Positions 37,771-48,641 of a DNA stretch of 60,261 nt are shown here, in pieces. The position numbers and the translations under genes are program-made. The DNA lies in the NCBI GenBank assembly GCA_002358345.1, contig DEOR01000024.1, forward strand, positions 1-60,261, given 5' to 3'. The DNA comes from Proteobacteria bacterium UBA3413. Lineage in GTDB: Bacteria > Pseudomonadota > Gammaproteobacteria > Magnimaribacterales > D2472. The notes beneath the pieces are model-generated. The model was given only the letters and a program-made list of their open reading frames with translations. It made no database searches and was not told where the DNA came from. The first letter of the stretch is position 1. Each line of letters opens with the position of its first letter.

Positions 37771-38153
37771 TAAACTGCTATAGATAAAATGGCATCTATC
37801 TCGATATTGACCTCTTTGGGTAACTTGGAGATCTCTACAGTTGCTCGAGCAGGGAATGGCTCTGAAAATCTTGAAGCCATAATAGTGTTGACCATATCAA
37901 ATCTTGAGAGATCGGTTAAATAAATGGTAAGTTTTAAAATATTATCAAGATTGCCACCAGCTTCTTTGCAAATAGCCTCGAGATTATCTAATACTTGATT
38001 AGTCTCATCCTCAAATGTTGCATTATTGAGTGTGCCAGTTTCTGGTATCAAGGGAATTTGTCCAGAAATAAAAACTACATCTCCCCATTGAACTGCCTGC
38101 GAATATGGTCCGATAGCTGCTGGTGCTTTATTTGTAAATATTGGTTTTTTCAT
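37770..38153 (-). CDS. ridA: RidA/YjgF family reactive enamine/imine deaminase
   Basis: 127 aa. APAAIGPYSQAV and PARATVEISKLP motifs. Follows spoT as in Pseudomonas (recalled synteny). Confidence 0.9.
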   Translation of the reverse strand: MKKPIFTNKAPAAIGPYSQAVQWGDVVFISGQIPLIPETGTLNNATFEDETNQVLDNLEAICKEAGGNLDNILKLTIYLTDLSRFDMVNTIMASRFSEPFPARATVEISKLPKEVNIEIDAILSIAV

Positions 38154-40350
38154 TTTTTGATCTATTATCGTTAATAATACGAGAGCAGCTCGTCACATAT
38201 CTTAATGAGCGTAATTTTAACATCAATCTCTTTAAGGAATCTGCATTTAGTATCTCTGCCTCGACGATAAACTCTATAATCATGGCATCAATATCCCTGC
38301 TATTGATATTCACTATGTTGATGTTCAATTTAGAGAAAGTGGCAGCAATATCTGCCAAGATTCCCGGCCTATCTTCGGCGTGAATTTTAAGATGCCCTAT
38401 ATAGTGTCTCTCAATCTTGTTTGTCCCCCAGATAGCAGACAAGTATCTAGCTGATAAAATATTGCTTCTATGGGGGGCTACTTGCCTACAACTACTATGA
38501 TGAATCACTATGCCTCTGTCTGTATCTGAATGAGCGGTAATGGGATCGCCAAAAATTGGCATGCAGCATTTTGCATAAATAACAGCTACACCCTCAATTT
38601 TATGATCAATCAAAACCATGGCTTGAATATCAAGAGATTTATTAGAGCTAACATTGTGACCTTCAAAGAATCGCTCTGCCACCAAAGCTCCAGTTTTTTT
38701 TCCAGACCCTAAATCAGTTAAGAGTGTACTTAATGACTTCACCCCGATCACTTCCAAGACGCGCGAGAGAGTGCTGCCTCTATACTCGGACAGAGTCATG
38801 CCCCCTCGTTTTAATTCTGATTCAAGCATGAGCTTTCCAGCCTTCCTGGACTGTGAAATCTTTTGGCGCCGCAGGGCAAAACGAATAGAAGATCGAGCTT
38901 TGCTGGTGACCACAAAATTTAGCCATTCCGGACTGACTGACTGCTCGTGGGAGGTAATAATTTCTATCGATTGACCATTCTCCAGTTGAATATTCAATGG
39001 TGCAAATTTTCTATTAACCTTGCAGGCAATAGCACGATTTCCAAGATCTGTATGAAGCTCATAAGCCAAATCAATTGGGGTAGAACCAGATTTTAAATTT
39101 ACAATCCTGCCTTTGGGGGTAAAAACATATACCTCGTCATATACCAGATCTGTTTTAATGGCCTCAACAAATTCACTGATGTCTAAAGATCTTTTATTCA
39201 AGTCCATAAAACTTTCAACCCATTTCCTTGCGCCAATAACCTCAGAACCAAGCTGATCTTTAGTTTTATAAGACCAATGGGCAGCAATGCCATTGCCAGC
39301 TATGTTCTCCATGTTTTTGGTTTGAATTTGAACTTCTATAGGAATGCCGTCCAAAGCAATTAGTGAAGTGTGAATAGCTTGATACCCGTTAGACTTAGGA
39401 ATTGCAATGTAATCTTTAAATCTCTGCTCTATGGGTTTGTGAATATTATGAATGGTCCCCAGTGACCTGTAGGCGTCATCTACAGAATTAACTATGACCC
39501 TAAAAGCAAATACATCCAATATTTCTGCAAATGGTTTTTTCTTGTGCTTAATTTTAGAGTAAATACTGTAAAGTGATTTTTGTCTGCCTTGCACTGTAGC
39601 CAAAATATTATTATTTTTAAGGTGGTATTTAAATTGTTTTCTTAATTTAGAAATAATTCGCTGCCGCCCTCCAACTGCTTGCTTAATAGCTGACTCTAGC
39701 ATTCTGGCTCGCATAGGATGCAGGCATCGAAAAGCCAAATCCTCCAACTGCACACGAATATCTTGCATCCCAATCCTGATAGCAATAGGGCCATAGAGCT
39801 CCAAAGTCTCAATAGATTTTCTGATCTGTTTTTCTCGAGGCAAAAACTCAATAGTCTGCATGTTGTGCAGTCGATCGCATAATTTAACAATGATGACTCT
39901 AATATCCTTCGACATCGCTAATGCCATCTTTTGAAGATTGTTAGCATTCCTATCTTCGATATTATCGAAATCTAATTTATTTAAATTGCTGACTCCATCA
40001 ATAATTGCAGCTGTGTCTTTACCAAAGAGCTTTTCTATATATGGTTTTTTAAAGAGGCTGTCCTCCAAAACATCATGCATCATTCCAGAGCAAACAGTTT
40101 CTACATCTAAATGCAGGTCCAGTAAAATTAAGGTAACAGCAACCGGATGGGTAATGTAAGGAGTCCCTTCTTGACGAAATTGATCTTGATGAGCCGAGCT
40201 AGCAATATTAAAAGCTTGCTGAAGAAGGTCTAACTCCTTCGGTAAGAAATAAGATTTTGCAGCTTGTAGAATATTTTCTGGGAGAGGGTCTAATAGCTTT
40301 TTATCAGAAAAGTCTAATAAAGCTGTATTGGGAATGGCCTGGTCACTCAA
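38128..40350 (-). CDS. spoT: Bifunctional (p)ppGpp synthetase/hydrolase (SpoT/Rel type)
   Basis: 740 aa. HD hydrolase motifs (HPVAV, MHDVLED). Synthetase domain with an RFKD (RxKD) motif, then TGS and C-terminal ACT-like regions. Lies downstream of rpoZ. Confidence 0.93.
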   Translation of the reverse strand: MSDQAIPNTALLDFSDKKLLDPLPENILQAAKSYFLPKELDLLQQAFNIASSAHQDQFRQEGTPYITHPVAVTLILLDLHLDVETVCSGMMHDVLEDSLFKKPYIEKLFGKDTAAIIDGVSNLNKLDFDNIEDRNANNLQKMALAMSKDIRVIIVKLCDRLHNMQTIEFLPREKQIRKSIETLELYGPIAIRIGMQDIRVQLEDLAFRCLHPMRARMLESAIKQAVGGRQRIISKLRKQFKYHLKNNNILATVQGRQKSLYSIYSKIKHKKKPFAEILDVFAFRVIVNSVDDAYRSLGTIHNIHKPIEQRFKDYIAIPKSNGYQAIHTSLIALDGIPIEVQIQTKNMENIAGNGIAAHWSYKTKDQLGSEVIGARKWVESFMDLNKRSLDISEFVEAIKTDLVYDEVYVFTPKGRIVNLKSGSTPIDLAYELHTDLGNRAIACKVNRKFAPLNIQLENGQSIEIITSHEQSVSPEWLNFVVTSKARSSIRFALRRQKISQSRKAGKLMLESELKRGGMTLSEYRGSTLSRVLEVIGVKSLSTLLTDLGSGKKTGALVAERFFEGHNVSSNKSLDIQAMVLIDHKIEGVAVIYAKCCMPIFGDPITAHSDTDRGIVIHHSSCRQVAPHRSNILSARYLSAIWGTNKIERHYIGHLKIHAEDRPGILADIAATFSKLNINIVNINSRDIDAMIIEFIVEAEILNADSLKRLMLKLRSLRYVTSCSRIINDNRSKNEKTNIYK

Positions 40351-40371
40351 CTAGAAGCTCCAGGAAAAACA

Positions 40372-40644
40372 TTAGCCGATGTATTCTTTTTGCGGTTTGT
40401 GTCGATCAATTGCAAATTCATCCAATAGCAAGTCTTCTTCCAGCGTTTTATCTAAAATTTCTTTAGTGAGGAGACCTGCCTCTATCTCTCTTAATGCAAC
40501 TATTGTTGGCTTATCATCTTCCCATTCAACCATTGGTTCCCTGCTGGTTGTGGATAGTTGCCGCGCTCTTCCTGAGGCCAATAAAATCAATTCAAATCGA
40601 CTTGCGACTTTATCTAAACAACCTTCTACTGTAATTCTTGCCAT
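40372..40644 (-). CDS. rpoZ: RNA polymerase omega subunit
   Basis: 90 aa. N-terminus MARITVEGCLDKVASRFELILLASGRARQL. Confidence 0.94.
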   Translation of the reverse strand: MARITVEGCLDKVASRFELILLASGRARQLSTTSREPMVEWEDDKPTIVALREIEAGLLTKEILDKTLEEDLLLDEFAIDRHKPQKEYIG

Positions 40645-40683
40645 AGTGTTTTACTCCGAGGGCGTATTTTAGTGTTTATTTAC

Positions 40684-41313
40684 CTAAGAAGACAATAGCT
40701 GAGCAAGAAACAGTTGAAGTTCTTGCCTATTTTGCTCATTAACAGGGGTTTCTTTGGCAATAATTTGATATAAAACCTCGGATGCCTCATCAAATATGTC
40801 ATTGATAACTAAGTTTTTATATTCACTTGCGCACATAAGCTCTTTTTTTGCATTTTCCAATCGTAGATTAATTGCAGAAAGGTCTTTGTCACCTCTTTGT
40901 TTAATCCTATCCTCTAAAGCTTGCATTGAGGGAGGTAAAATAAAAATTGATTCATAGTTAAAAGCAAGATCATCGATTAATCTAAAGCCCTGAACGTCGA
41001 TCTCTAAAATTAAACTTATGCCTGCGTCTAACTTAGATTTTACAAAGTCTGCCGAAGTGCCATACCAGTTACCATGCACTTCAGCGCACTCAAGAAAAAA
41101 ATTTGCTTCTTTCTTGGCAATAAATTCCTCAGGAGATACAAAAAAATAATGGTTAGTATCAGTCTCCCCAACCCTGGGTATCCTAGTGGTATAGGAGATC
41201 GAGAGCTCTAGAGGAAAATTAAATTGAGCAGCTTTGTCCAAAACTGAATTAATTAAAGTAGATTTTCCAGTGCCTGACGGCGCTGATACTAAAAAAAGAT
41301 TTGATTTGTGCAT
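40684..41313 (-). CDS. gmk: Guanylate kinase
   Basis: 209 aa. P-loop SAPSGTGKST. TTRIPRVGE matches the TTR.PR.GE motif. Confidence 0.94.
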   Translation of the reverse strand: MHKSNLFLVSAPSGTGKSTLINSVLDKAAQFNFPLELSISYTTRIPRVGETDTNHYFFVSPEEFIAKKEANFFLECAEVHGNWYGTSADFVKSKLDAGISLILEIDVQGFRLIDDLAFNYESIFILPPSMQALEDRIKQRGDKDLSAINLRLENAKKELMCASEYKNLVINDIFDEASEVLYQIIAKETPVNEQNRQELQLFLAQLLSS

Positions 41314-42165
41314 TTACTCTAAGTTTTGTGCCTGTTCTCTTAATTCCTCGACTTTCAACTTCATTGTTAAAGCTAGGTCCTTAAGATCAGGTTTTTCTAT
41401 TTTAACAGAGAGCGTATTCACTTCGCGAAAAAGTTCCTGGAGGATAAAGTCCATCTTCTTTCCGTGTGCAGTTTTAAGCTTAAATAATTTTTGCAAGGAC
41501 ACCATATGAAAACTAATCCTTTCGAGTTCCTCGGCAATATCATGCTTCAGTGCCAGCGTTGAAATCTCATTAAAAAGATCTTCTTTGCGTAGATTAATAT
41601 TTTTTTGCAATAATTTCTTCTTAATAGACCTCAAGCGATGCTGAAGCAGTGATGGAGCCGATCTTGTTAATTTTAAATGGGCTTTGCTTAAAAAAGATAG
41701 TTTACTGGACACAATTTTTTCTATTTTGGTGCCTTCGATAGCCCTCGATTCAAATAAATTCTTGATTGCAAGATTTAAAGCTTTTTTTCCTAAAGTAGAA
41801 ATATCTTTTTTAGAAGTCTTTACCACCAATAGTCCGGGAATATCCTTGAGATCACTCAAGCGAAGATCACTGCCCTGAAAATCCTTGCTTGAATGCAGCG
41901 AATCTTTAAGATTCTGCAAACTCTTATGATCAATTTCATAGGTATGTTCAGATTGGAAGTTATCATTAACTTTGACTTCAAATGAACCGCGTAAAAACTG
42001 TTTCTTAAGTTGCGCCTTAATGTATTCCTCGAATTCGTTAGGAAGGCTATAGCCTCTAAAAGTAATTTCAATAAATCTATTGTTCACGGATTTAATTTCA
42101 CAAAGTACCTCTAAATCTCGCGAGGTCGCCGAACCATTTCCATATCCCGTCATGCTATAGAACAT
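41314..42165 (-). CDS. yicC: YicC family stress-induced protein
   Basis: 283 aa. N-terminus SMTGYG...KSVNNRF and C-terminus EELREQAQNLE typical of YicC. Abuts gmk. Confidence 0.85.
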   Translation of the reverse strand: MFYSMTGYGNGSATSRDLEVLCEIKSVNNRFIEITFRGYSLPNEFEEYIKAQLKKQFLRGSFEVKVNDNFQSEHTYEIDHKSLQNLKDSLHSSKDFQGSDLRLSDLKDIPGLLVVKTSKKDISTLGKKALNLAIKNLFESRAIEGTKIEKIVSSKLSFLSKAHLKLTRSAPSLLQHRLRSIKKKLLQKNINLRKEDLFNEISTLALKHDIAEELERISFHMVSLQKLFKLKTAHGKKMDFILQELFREVNTLSVKIEKPDLKDLALTMKLKVEELREQAQNLE

Positions 42166-42188
42166 AATTTTCCTTCATTTTTTGAACA

Positions 42189-42968
42189 TTATCCCATTAA
42201 ACCACTGTCTATTAACTTCTGAGGATCAAATGATTTTCCAGATTGATCCGAAGGAATAAAAAAATCTTCAAACGCTTGACCCGGGCATTGCTCCTTAAAT
42301 AATTCAGCATAGCCTTTGGAGATCTCGCTACAAATAAAAACCCCTGATAAGTGCGATAACTTTTTCCTAGCAATATAATTAGAGATGATGTCTGCAAGAG
42401 CGTTGCGGTCAAATCTATTGGCTGCTTTAAGCTTTAATTGAAATTTTTGTGACTCAAAGTTATTAACAAAATTCTGCATCCAATTATTCTTGCAATCATA
42501 CAAGCCTGATGCTCGGAGAATTAATGGCTCAACTTTTGATTGCGCCTGAATAAATGCTTCATAGTCTAGTATCACCTTGCCTCTAAAATTATCTGGTTGA
42601 GGTGTGTGTTCTTCTTTAATGTTTTGTCCATTACTATTTCCGTAAACTCTTGTCGAGCTAACGATGACTAACTGATCATAATTTACCTGAGCATTAAGAT
42701 TAGTCATGATGCTATTGGCAGCTTCTAGAAATCCTAGTTGATAGCCCTCCTCATCAAAGGAGGTTGGCTTGAGAATTATGATTACTGTTGAAATCTCTTG
42801 ATGTTTTAATTTGAATGCTTTACCAGAGAACCAATTCCATTGCAGCCATTCAGAATTTTTATGTTGCACATGATTGCTTCTTGAAATTCCAATAAACTGA
42901 TGGCCAGGAAGAGCGGCTGAGATTCTCTGCCCAAGATCTCCGTAACCAATAATTAGTACTTTTTTCAT
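42189..42968 (-). CDS. NAD(P)-binding Rossmann-fold protein (atypical SDR / epimerase-like)
   Basis: 259 aa. N-terminal KVLIIGYGDLGQRI dinucleotide-binding motif. No clear catalytic YxxxK assignment made. Confidence 0.5.
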   Translation of the reverse strand: MKKVLIIGYGDLGQRISAALPGHQFIGISRSNHVQHKNSEWLQWNWFSGKAFKLKHQEISTVIIILKPTSFDEEGYQLGFLEAANSIMTNLNAQVNYDQLVIVSSTRVYGNSNGQNIKEEHTPQPDNFRGKVILDYEAFIQAQSKVEPLILRASGLYDCKNNWMQNFVNNFESQKFQLKLKAANRFDRNALADIISNYIARKKLSHLSGVFICSEISKGYAELFKEQCPGQAFEDFFIPSDQSGKSFDPQKLIDSGLMG

Positions 42969-43011
42969 ATATATATTTCTAAAGTGCCTATATTAAAAGT
43001 ATTATCCATAG

Positions 43012-45075
43012 GTGGCTAATATTGAACTCAAGCAATTAAAAGGAATTGGTCCTTCTGCTTTGGAAAAACTGAACTCCTATGGGATTTTTAATCTCCGAGA
43101 TCTGTGTTTTCATCTGCCCTCAGGGTATCAAGATAGAACCAGGGTTACCGAAGTCATGGACTTGGAATCTGGAGATGAAAAATTAATTAGGATCAAAATA
43201 GTGTCTTCTCAATCTTTGTATAGGCCTAGAAAAATGATGGTCTTAAAGTGCACGGATGGTTCTGCCTCTATCAATATTAGATTTTTTTATTTCCATCCCA
43301 TGCAAACAAAGCAATTGAAAGCTGGAGCTGAGCTTGTGTGCTTTGGCAAGGTTACCCTCAGTAGGTTTGGGTTAGAGATGATTCATCCAGAGTATGAGGT
43401 AATAGGGGTGGGCACATCGCCAGAACAAGAAACCTTAACCCCTATGTACAGAGTTCCAAAAGGAATTGGGCAAAAAAAAATACGCAGGTTCGTCTTGGCT
43501 GCTATCCAAAAGCTTGATTTTGAAGATGATTTCCTCAACCTAGAAAAATATGATTCGTCTTTAGATATGAATATTTTAGAGGCTTTAAAAGCGATCCATA
43601 ACCCCGCCCCAATGACTGATATTGATGACATTTTGCCTGGAGGTTCCCATCCTGCACGAGTAAGACTGCTGAAAGAGGAGATGATTGCCTTTCAAGCTGG
43701 CATGACTTTCCTGAAAAGAAAACAAAAAAGACATCGTGCATTCCCATTAACCCAAGAAGGCTCATGGAGCAAAGAGGTGCAGCATAACTTCGCATTTCAA
43801 CTGACCCAGGCTCAGTCGCGAGTCCTAGAAGAGATTCGGCATGATCTGTCTCAAGCAGTTCCTATGATGCGATTAGTGCAGGGTGATGTTGGTTCAGGTA
43901 AAACGGTTGTTGCGGCTTTGGCTGCAGCGTTAGCCCTAGACTCATCTTTCCAGGTAGCCTTCATGGCCCCTACAACCCTTCTAGCAGAGCAACACTTTAT
44001 AAGTTTGCAAAATTTCTTTGGCGAAGAATCTAAGAAGATTGCTTTGCTGACAGGGAGTACTTCTGCAAAAGGTAGAAAGAAAGTGTTGCGAGATATGGAA
44101 GAGATGAAAGTGAGATTGGTCGTAGGCACGCATGCATTGTTCCAAAAGGGCGTTAACTTTTCAAATCTAGCGCTGATTATAATAGATGAGCAACACCGTT
44201 TCGGGGTAAATCAAAGATTAGCATTAAGAAAGAAAAATGATTCTGAGAGCTCTGCTCCTCATCAACTCACATTAACTGCCACGCCGATCCCTAGAACACT
44301 TTCTATGAGTGTTTATGCAAATATGGATGTGTCTATTATTGATGAATTGCCGCCTGGAAGAAAACCAATACAAACCTCTTGCTTGCCCCTAAGCGGAAAA
44401 AATAAGCTGATAGAAAGGATTTTGGCAGCGACTAAGAAAGGAAGTAAAGCCTACTGGGTCTGCCCTCTGATCGAGGAATCAGAAAATTTAGATTTGAATG
44501 CGGTGATGGAGACTTATGAAGATCTCAAAGGATATTTTAGTGAAACAAAAATTGGATGTCTTCATGGCAAACTATCTGCGAAAGATAAACAAAGAGAAAT
44601 TCAGAAATTTAAAGATAGCGAAACCTCTGTTCTGGTTTCAACAACGGTAGTTGAGGTTGGGGTTGATATCCCAGATGCAGATATTATGGTTATTGAAAAT
44701 GCTGAAAGATTTGGCCTTGCTCAGCTTCATCAGCTCAGAGGAAGAATTGGTAGAGGGAGCAAAGAAAGTTTTTGCATTCTTTTGCATAAAGATAAAATTG
44801 GGGAGATCTCCTCTCAAAGATTAGATGTTTTAGTGGAGACTCAAGATGGATTTAAAATCGCTGAAAAAGATTTGGAGATTAGAGGTCCAGGAGAGATTAT
44901 GGGTGCGCAGCAAACTGGGATAGTGCCAATGAAATATACAAACCTTGTAAGAGACAGTCAGTACCTCATGGGAACGAAAAAAGTAGCTGAGGTTATCTGC
45001 GATGAAGATCCTGAGCTCGCCAATCAATTAATTGAAAGGTGGATCTCAGGATCTATAGCTTTTGCAGATGCGTAA
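43012..45075 (+). CDS. recG: ATP-dependent DNA helicase RecG
   Basis: 687 aa with a GTG start. Wedge domain, Walker [13 protein letters not shown] box [20 protein letters not shown] motif. Confidence 0.95.
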   Translation: MANIELKQLKGIGPSALEKLNSYGIFNLRDLCFHLPSGYQDRTRVTEVMDLESGDEKLIRIKIVSSQSLYRPRKMMVLKCTDGSASINIRFFYFHPMQTKQLKAGAELVCFGKVTLSRFGLEMIHPEYEVIGVGTSPEQETLTPMYRVPKGIGQKKIRRFVLAAIQKLDFEDDFLNLEKYDSSLDMNILEALKAIHNPAPMTDIDDILPGGSHPARVRLLKEEMIAFQAGMTFLKRKQKRHRAFPLTQEGSWSKEVQHNFAFQLTQAQSRVLEEIRHDLSQAVPMMRLVQGDVGSGKTVVAALAAALALDSSFQVAFMAPTTLLAEQHFISLQNFFGEESKKIALLTGSTSAKGRKKVLRDMEEMKVRLVVGTHALFQKGVNFSNLALIIIDEQHRFGVNQRLALRKKNDSESSAPHQLTLTATPIPRTLSMSVYANMDVSIIDELPPGRKPIQTSCLPLSGKNKLIERILAATKKGSKAYWVCPLIEESENLDLNAVMETYEDLKGYFSETKIGCLHGKLSAKDKQREIQKFKDSETSVLVSTTVVEVGVDIPDADIMVIENAERFGLAQLHQLRGRIGRGSKESFCILLHKDKIGEISSQRLDVLVETQDGFKIAEKDLEIRGPGEIMGAQQTGIVPMKYTNLVRDSQYLMGTKKVAEVICDEDPELANQLIERWISGSIAFADA

Positions 45076-45076
45076 C

Positions 45077-47065
45077 TTACAGCAGGCCGTTCAGGGTCAG
45101 AAGCGGCGCGATCACCAAACTGACAATTGCCATTACATTAATCAGAATGTTCATGGCTGGACCAGAAGTATCCTTGAAAGGATCACCAACAGTATCGCCA
45201 ACAACAACAGCAGCATGAGTATCAGAACCCTTCCCACCTAAGTTACCTTTTTCAACATATTTCTTTGCGTTGTCCCAGGCACCACCAGCATTTGCCATGA
45301 ATAATGCTAAAGCCACGCAACCCAATAGGCCGCCAGCTAGCATCCCACCAAGTGCCATAGCTCCAAGGGTAAAACCAACCAATGGAGGCATTGATACTGC
45401 AATCACACCAGGAAGTATCATTTTTTTCAATGCTGCTTTCGTAGCAATTTCAACACATTTTTCTGAATCAGGGTCAGCGGTACCTTCCATCAAACCATCA
45501 ATTTCTCTAAATTGTCTTCTGATCTCATTGATCATCGCAAAAGCTGCATCGCCTACAGCCGTCATGGTAATTGAGGAAATTAAAAATGGGATACAGATTC
45601 CAATAAACATACCAACCAGCACGATAGGTTGATCAAGAGATAGGGTGAAGGCATCTCCGAAATTCAGTGTCACCACTGCAGAGAATGCTGAAATAATTGC
45701 AAGCGCGGCTAATGCAGCGGCACCAATTGCAAAGCCCTTTCCAATCGCTGCTGTTGTATTGCCTAGTTCATCTAAAGAATCAGTGATTTCTCTAACCTCT
45801 GCGCCCATACCGGACATTTCTGCAATGCCTCCAGCATTATCTGCAACGGGCCCATAAGCATCAATAGCCATGGTTATCCCAACAGTAGACAGCATGCCAA
45901 CAGCAGCAATCCCCACGCCATAAACACCGGATAGAGTTGTTGAGATAAGAATAATGGTAGCTAAAATTAATATAGGAATAACTACGGATTGCATGCCAAC
46001 AGAAAGGCCTGAAATCATAACTGTGGCTGGACCTGTCTCCCCAGATTCTGCAATCTTTTTCACTGGATCACCACCAGTATAATATTCTGTAATTAGGCCA
46101 ATTAGCACTCCACCGACTGCTCCGCAAACTACCGCCCACCAGACATTCATTGAAACATCGGCTAAGCTTGAAATAAGGAAATAAGCCATCACAATAAAAA
46201 TTGCTGGAGCAAATAGTGTGCCAGATCTTAATGCGCTAGCAGGAGCTTTTGATGCCTGTAATTTCACAATAACAATGCCAACAATAGAAGCGATGAGCCC
46301 AATCGATGCCAAGGCCAAGGGCAACATCATCATTTCCTGAGAGCCTAGGGTATAAGCAATTGCAATTGATGCAATCATAGCGCCGCAATAGGATTCAAAA
46401 ATATCAGAGCCCATGCCAGCAACATCGCCAACGTTATCACCAACGTTATCTGCGATGACGCCAGGATTTCTGGGATCATCCTCTGGAATTCCAGCCTCTA
46501 TTTTGCCTACTAAATCTGCACCCACATCAGCACTCTTGGTAAAAATACCGCCGCCAACTCGAGAAAATAAAGCTACCACAGAAGCCCCCATTCCAAAGCC
46601 TTCTAATGCATGAATATGATCTGCACTGTAAAAATAGAATAGCCCGCCAAGCCCAACGAGGCCTAATGAGGCAACACATAAGCCCATGACTGAGCCTCCA
46701 TAAAAAGATACAGATAAAGCAGCGGCTGCTCCGTGTTCTTGTGCTGCGGTAGCTGTTCTAACGTTTGCTTTAGTCGCAGCATACATGCCGATAAAACCAG
46801 CCAAAGATGAGCAAGCTGCCCCAACAATCACTGCAATAGCAGATTCATGCGAGATAAACACAGCAACTAATACTACTAATACTGTTACAAAGATTAATAG
46901 ATAAGTGTATTCAGTTTTCATAAACTTCATTGCGCCTTTGTGAATTTCATCGCCAATCTTTTTGACTTGATCTGTTCCATCTGAATAGCTCATGACTAAT
47001 CGAAAAACTATAAAAGCAACTACCAAACCAAGGGCACCAAGAGCTGGCGCAAGCAATATATTCAT
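45077..47065 (-). CDS. hppA: Membrane-integral pyrophosphatase, K+-dependent subfamily (Na+ or H+ translocating)
   Basis: 662 aa polytopic protein. Motifs [27 protein letters not shown] and [10 protein letters not shown] (Ala rather than Lys after GNTTA). Confidence 0.95.
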   Translation of the reverse strand: MNILLAPALGALGLVVAFIVFRLVMSYSDGTDQVKKIGDEIHKGAMKFMKTEYTYLLIFVTVLVVLVAVFISHESAIAVIVGAACSSLAGFIGMYAATKANVRTATAAQEHGAAAALSVSFYGGSVMGLCVASLGLVGLGGLFYFYSADHIHALEGFGMGASVVALFSRVGGGIFTKSADVGADLVGKIEAGIPEDDPRNPGVIADNVGDNVGDVAGMGSDIFESYCGAMIASIAIAYTLGSQEMMMLPLALASIGLIASIVGIVIVKLQASKAPASALRSGTLFAPAIFIVMAYFLISSLADVSMNVWWAVVCGAVGGVLIGLITEYYTGGDPVKKIAESGETGPATVMISGLSVGMQSVVIPILILATIILISTTLSGVYGVGIAAVGMLSTVGITMAIDAYGPVADNAGGIAEMSGMGAEVREITDSLDELGNTTAAIGKGFAIGAAALAALAIISAFSAVVTLNFGDAFTLSLDQPIVLVGMFIGICIPFLISSITMTAVGDAAFAMINEIRRQFREIDGLMEGTADPDSEKCVEIATKAALKKMILPGVIAVSMPPLVGFTLGAMALGGMLAGGLLGCVALALFMANAGGAWDNAKKYVEKGNLGGKGSDTHAAVVVGDTVGDPFKDTSGPAMNILINVMAIVSLVIAPLLTLNGLL

Positions 47066-47118
47066 TCTCTCTCTCCTATTAAAAAGTGTGTAATTTTAAC
47101 AAATAAAATAAAAATTTA

Positions 47119-48387
47119 TCAATGATTAGGCTCAGAATTAAAGATTTCTTCATCTAGCTGATTTTCAGATTTCGCTACTATACATGCTATTACTGCATCT
47201 CCGGTAACATTTACTGAAGTTCTGACCATATCAAGAACTCTATCAACAGCCAGAATAATTCCAATGGCCTCTAAAGGCAGATTGAATTGCTGCAGAATAA
47301 TAATAAGGGTAATAGTTCCCGCTGAGGGCACTGCTGCTGTTCCTATGGACGTTGCCACGGCCAACAAGACCACCTGTGCGTATTGAAATAGAGTTAAATC
47401 AATTCCTGAGATTTGAGCAATAAATACTGTTGCAAGTCCTTGCATGATAGCCGTGCCATCCATATTGATAGTGGCTCCAACTGGTACCACAAAAGAAGCA
47501 ACATTTTGATTCACCCCAAGATCGTGATGAACGGTCCTCAGTGTCACTGGGATAGTTGCTGCGCTTGATGAGGTAGAAAATGCAAAGAGCGCAACATTTT
47601 TAATTTTTTTAAAGAAAGTAATGGGATTCAAGCCCCCAACAAATTTTAGAAAAAATGAATATGTAACTAATGCATGAAAAAAAAGTAATGCTATTAATAA
47701 AACAACATATGCCAACACGTCTTGAAAGATATCTAACCCATCAGCAATAATAAATTTCCCAATCAAACAGAAGACACCGATAGGTGCAAAGCTCATGATC
47801 ATTACAATCAATTGCAAGAATACCGTATTCAGCTTTGCGAATGAATCGCTGAAATTTCCAGTTAAATGATTTGTCTTATTTAAAGCTAACCCAAATAAAA
47901 TACTAAAAAAAACAATAGCCAGCATCTGGTTATCAGCCATGGCTTGAATGATATTTGAGGGGAAAATACCAGTGATGGTTGAGTAAATGCCTTGTCCTTG
48001 AGGAAGAGAACTCGGCGCTGCCATGACAATTTCTGCGCTGTAATTAGAGCCAGGCTGAAAGAAAGCGCCTGCTAATAAGGCTAAGGTCACCGCAATCGCT
48101 GTTGTTAAGAGGTAGAAACCAACTGTTTTTATAGTTAAAGATCCTAGTGATTGAGAGTTACCTAAAGAAGAAATACCAGTAACCAAAGAAAAGAAAACCA
48201 GCGGCACTACGAGCAGCTTCAAAAGATTCATGAAAATCTCTCCACCCATCTTAAAGATGTACAGCTCTATAAATTGACCAACTGAGCTTGGGACAACGTT
48301 GGTATAAAAAAGAAATGACCCTACCGCAAACCCTAGAAATAAACCTATAATTATATTTCTAGTTAGGTTTGTAGGCGTTTCTATCAT
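47119..48387 (-). CDS. Dicarboxylate/amino acid:cation symporter (DAACS/GltP-DctA family)
   Basis: 422 aa. Motifs [16 protein letters not shown] and [16 protein letters not shown], with an Arg at the position equivalent to GltPh R397. Confidence 0.85.
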   Translation of the reverse strand: MIETPTNLTRNIIIGLFLGFAVGSFLFYTNVVPSSVGQFIELYIFKMGGEIFMNLLKLLVVPLVFFSLVTGISSLGNSQSLGSLTIKTVGFYLLTTAIAVTLALLAGAFFQPGSNYSAEIVMAAPSSLPQGQGIYSTITGIFPSNIIQAMADNQMLAIVFFSILFGLALNKTNHLTGNFSDSFAKLNTVFLQLIVMIMSFAPIGVFCLIGKFIIADGLDIFQDVLAYVVLLIALLFFHALVTYSFFLKFVGGLNPITFFKKIKNVALFAFSTSSSAATIPVTLRTVHHDLGVNQNVASFVVPVGATINMDGTAIMQGLATVFIAQISGIDLTLFQYAQVVLLAVATSIGTAAVPSAGTITLIIILQQFNLPLEAIGIILAVDRVLDMVRTSVNVTGDAVIACIVAKSENQLDEEIFNSEPNH

Positions 48388-48557
48388 AATATTTCTGTCA
48401 TCTCAAAATCCTCTTTGCCAACCCCGCAGTCTGGGCATAGCCAATCATCCGGCACATCGTCCCAAGCAGTGCCTGGAGCAATGCCGTCATCTGGCCAACC
48501 CAACTCTTCGTCGTATATTAAACCGCAAACAATGCATTCCCATTTTTTATATTCCAT
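48384..48557 (-). CDS. Rubredoxin
   Basis: Start at the ATG giving [17 protein letters not shown]. Two Cys pairs, CIVC and CPDC. Its TGA overlaps the symporter ATG (ATGA). Confidence 0.93.
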   Translation of the reverse strand: MEYKKWECIVCGLIYDEELGWPDDGIAPGTAWDDVPDDWLCPDCGVGKEDFEMTEIL

Positions 48558-48641
48558 GGTCTCTCTCAATGATCTGGACTAATAAGTCACGTTAATGAAA
48601 ATTTAAGCAAGTTATAATATCAGATTTTAGAGATCTAATTC

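Noticed and set aside
45270-46613. Plus-strand ORFs of 66-120 aa antisense to the pyrophosphatase gene
   Set aside because: These Ala/Pro/Ser-rich translations are the expected shadow of a Gly/Ala/Val-rich membrane protein gene. There is no independent start context.
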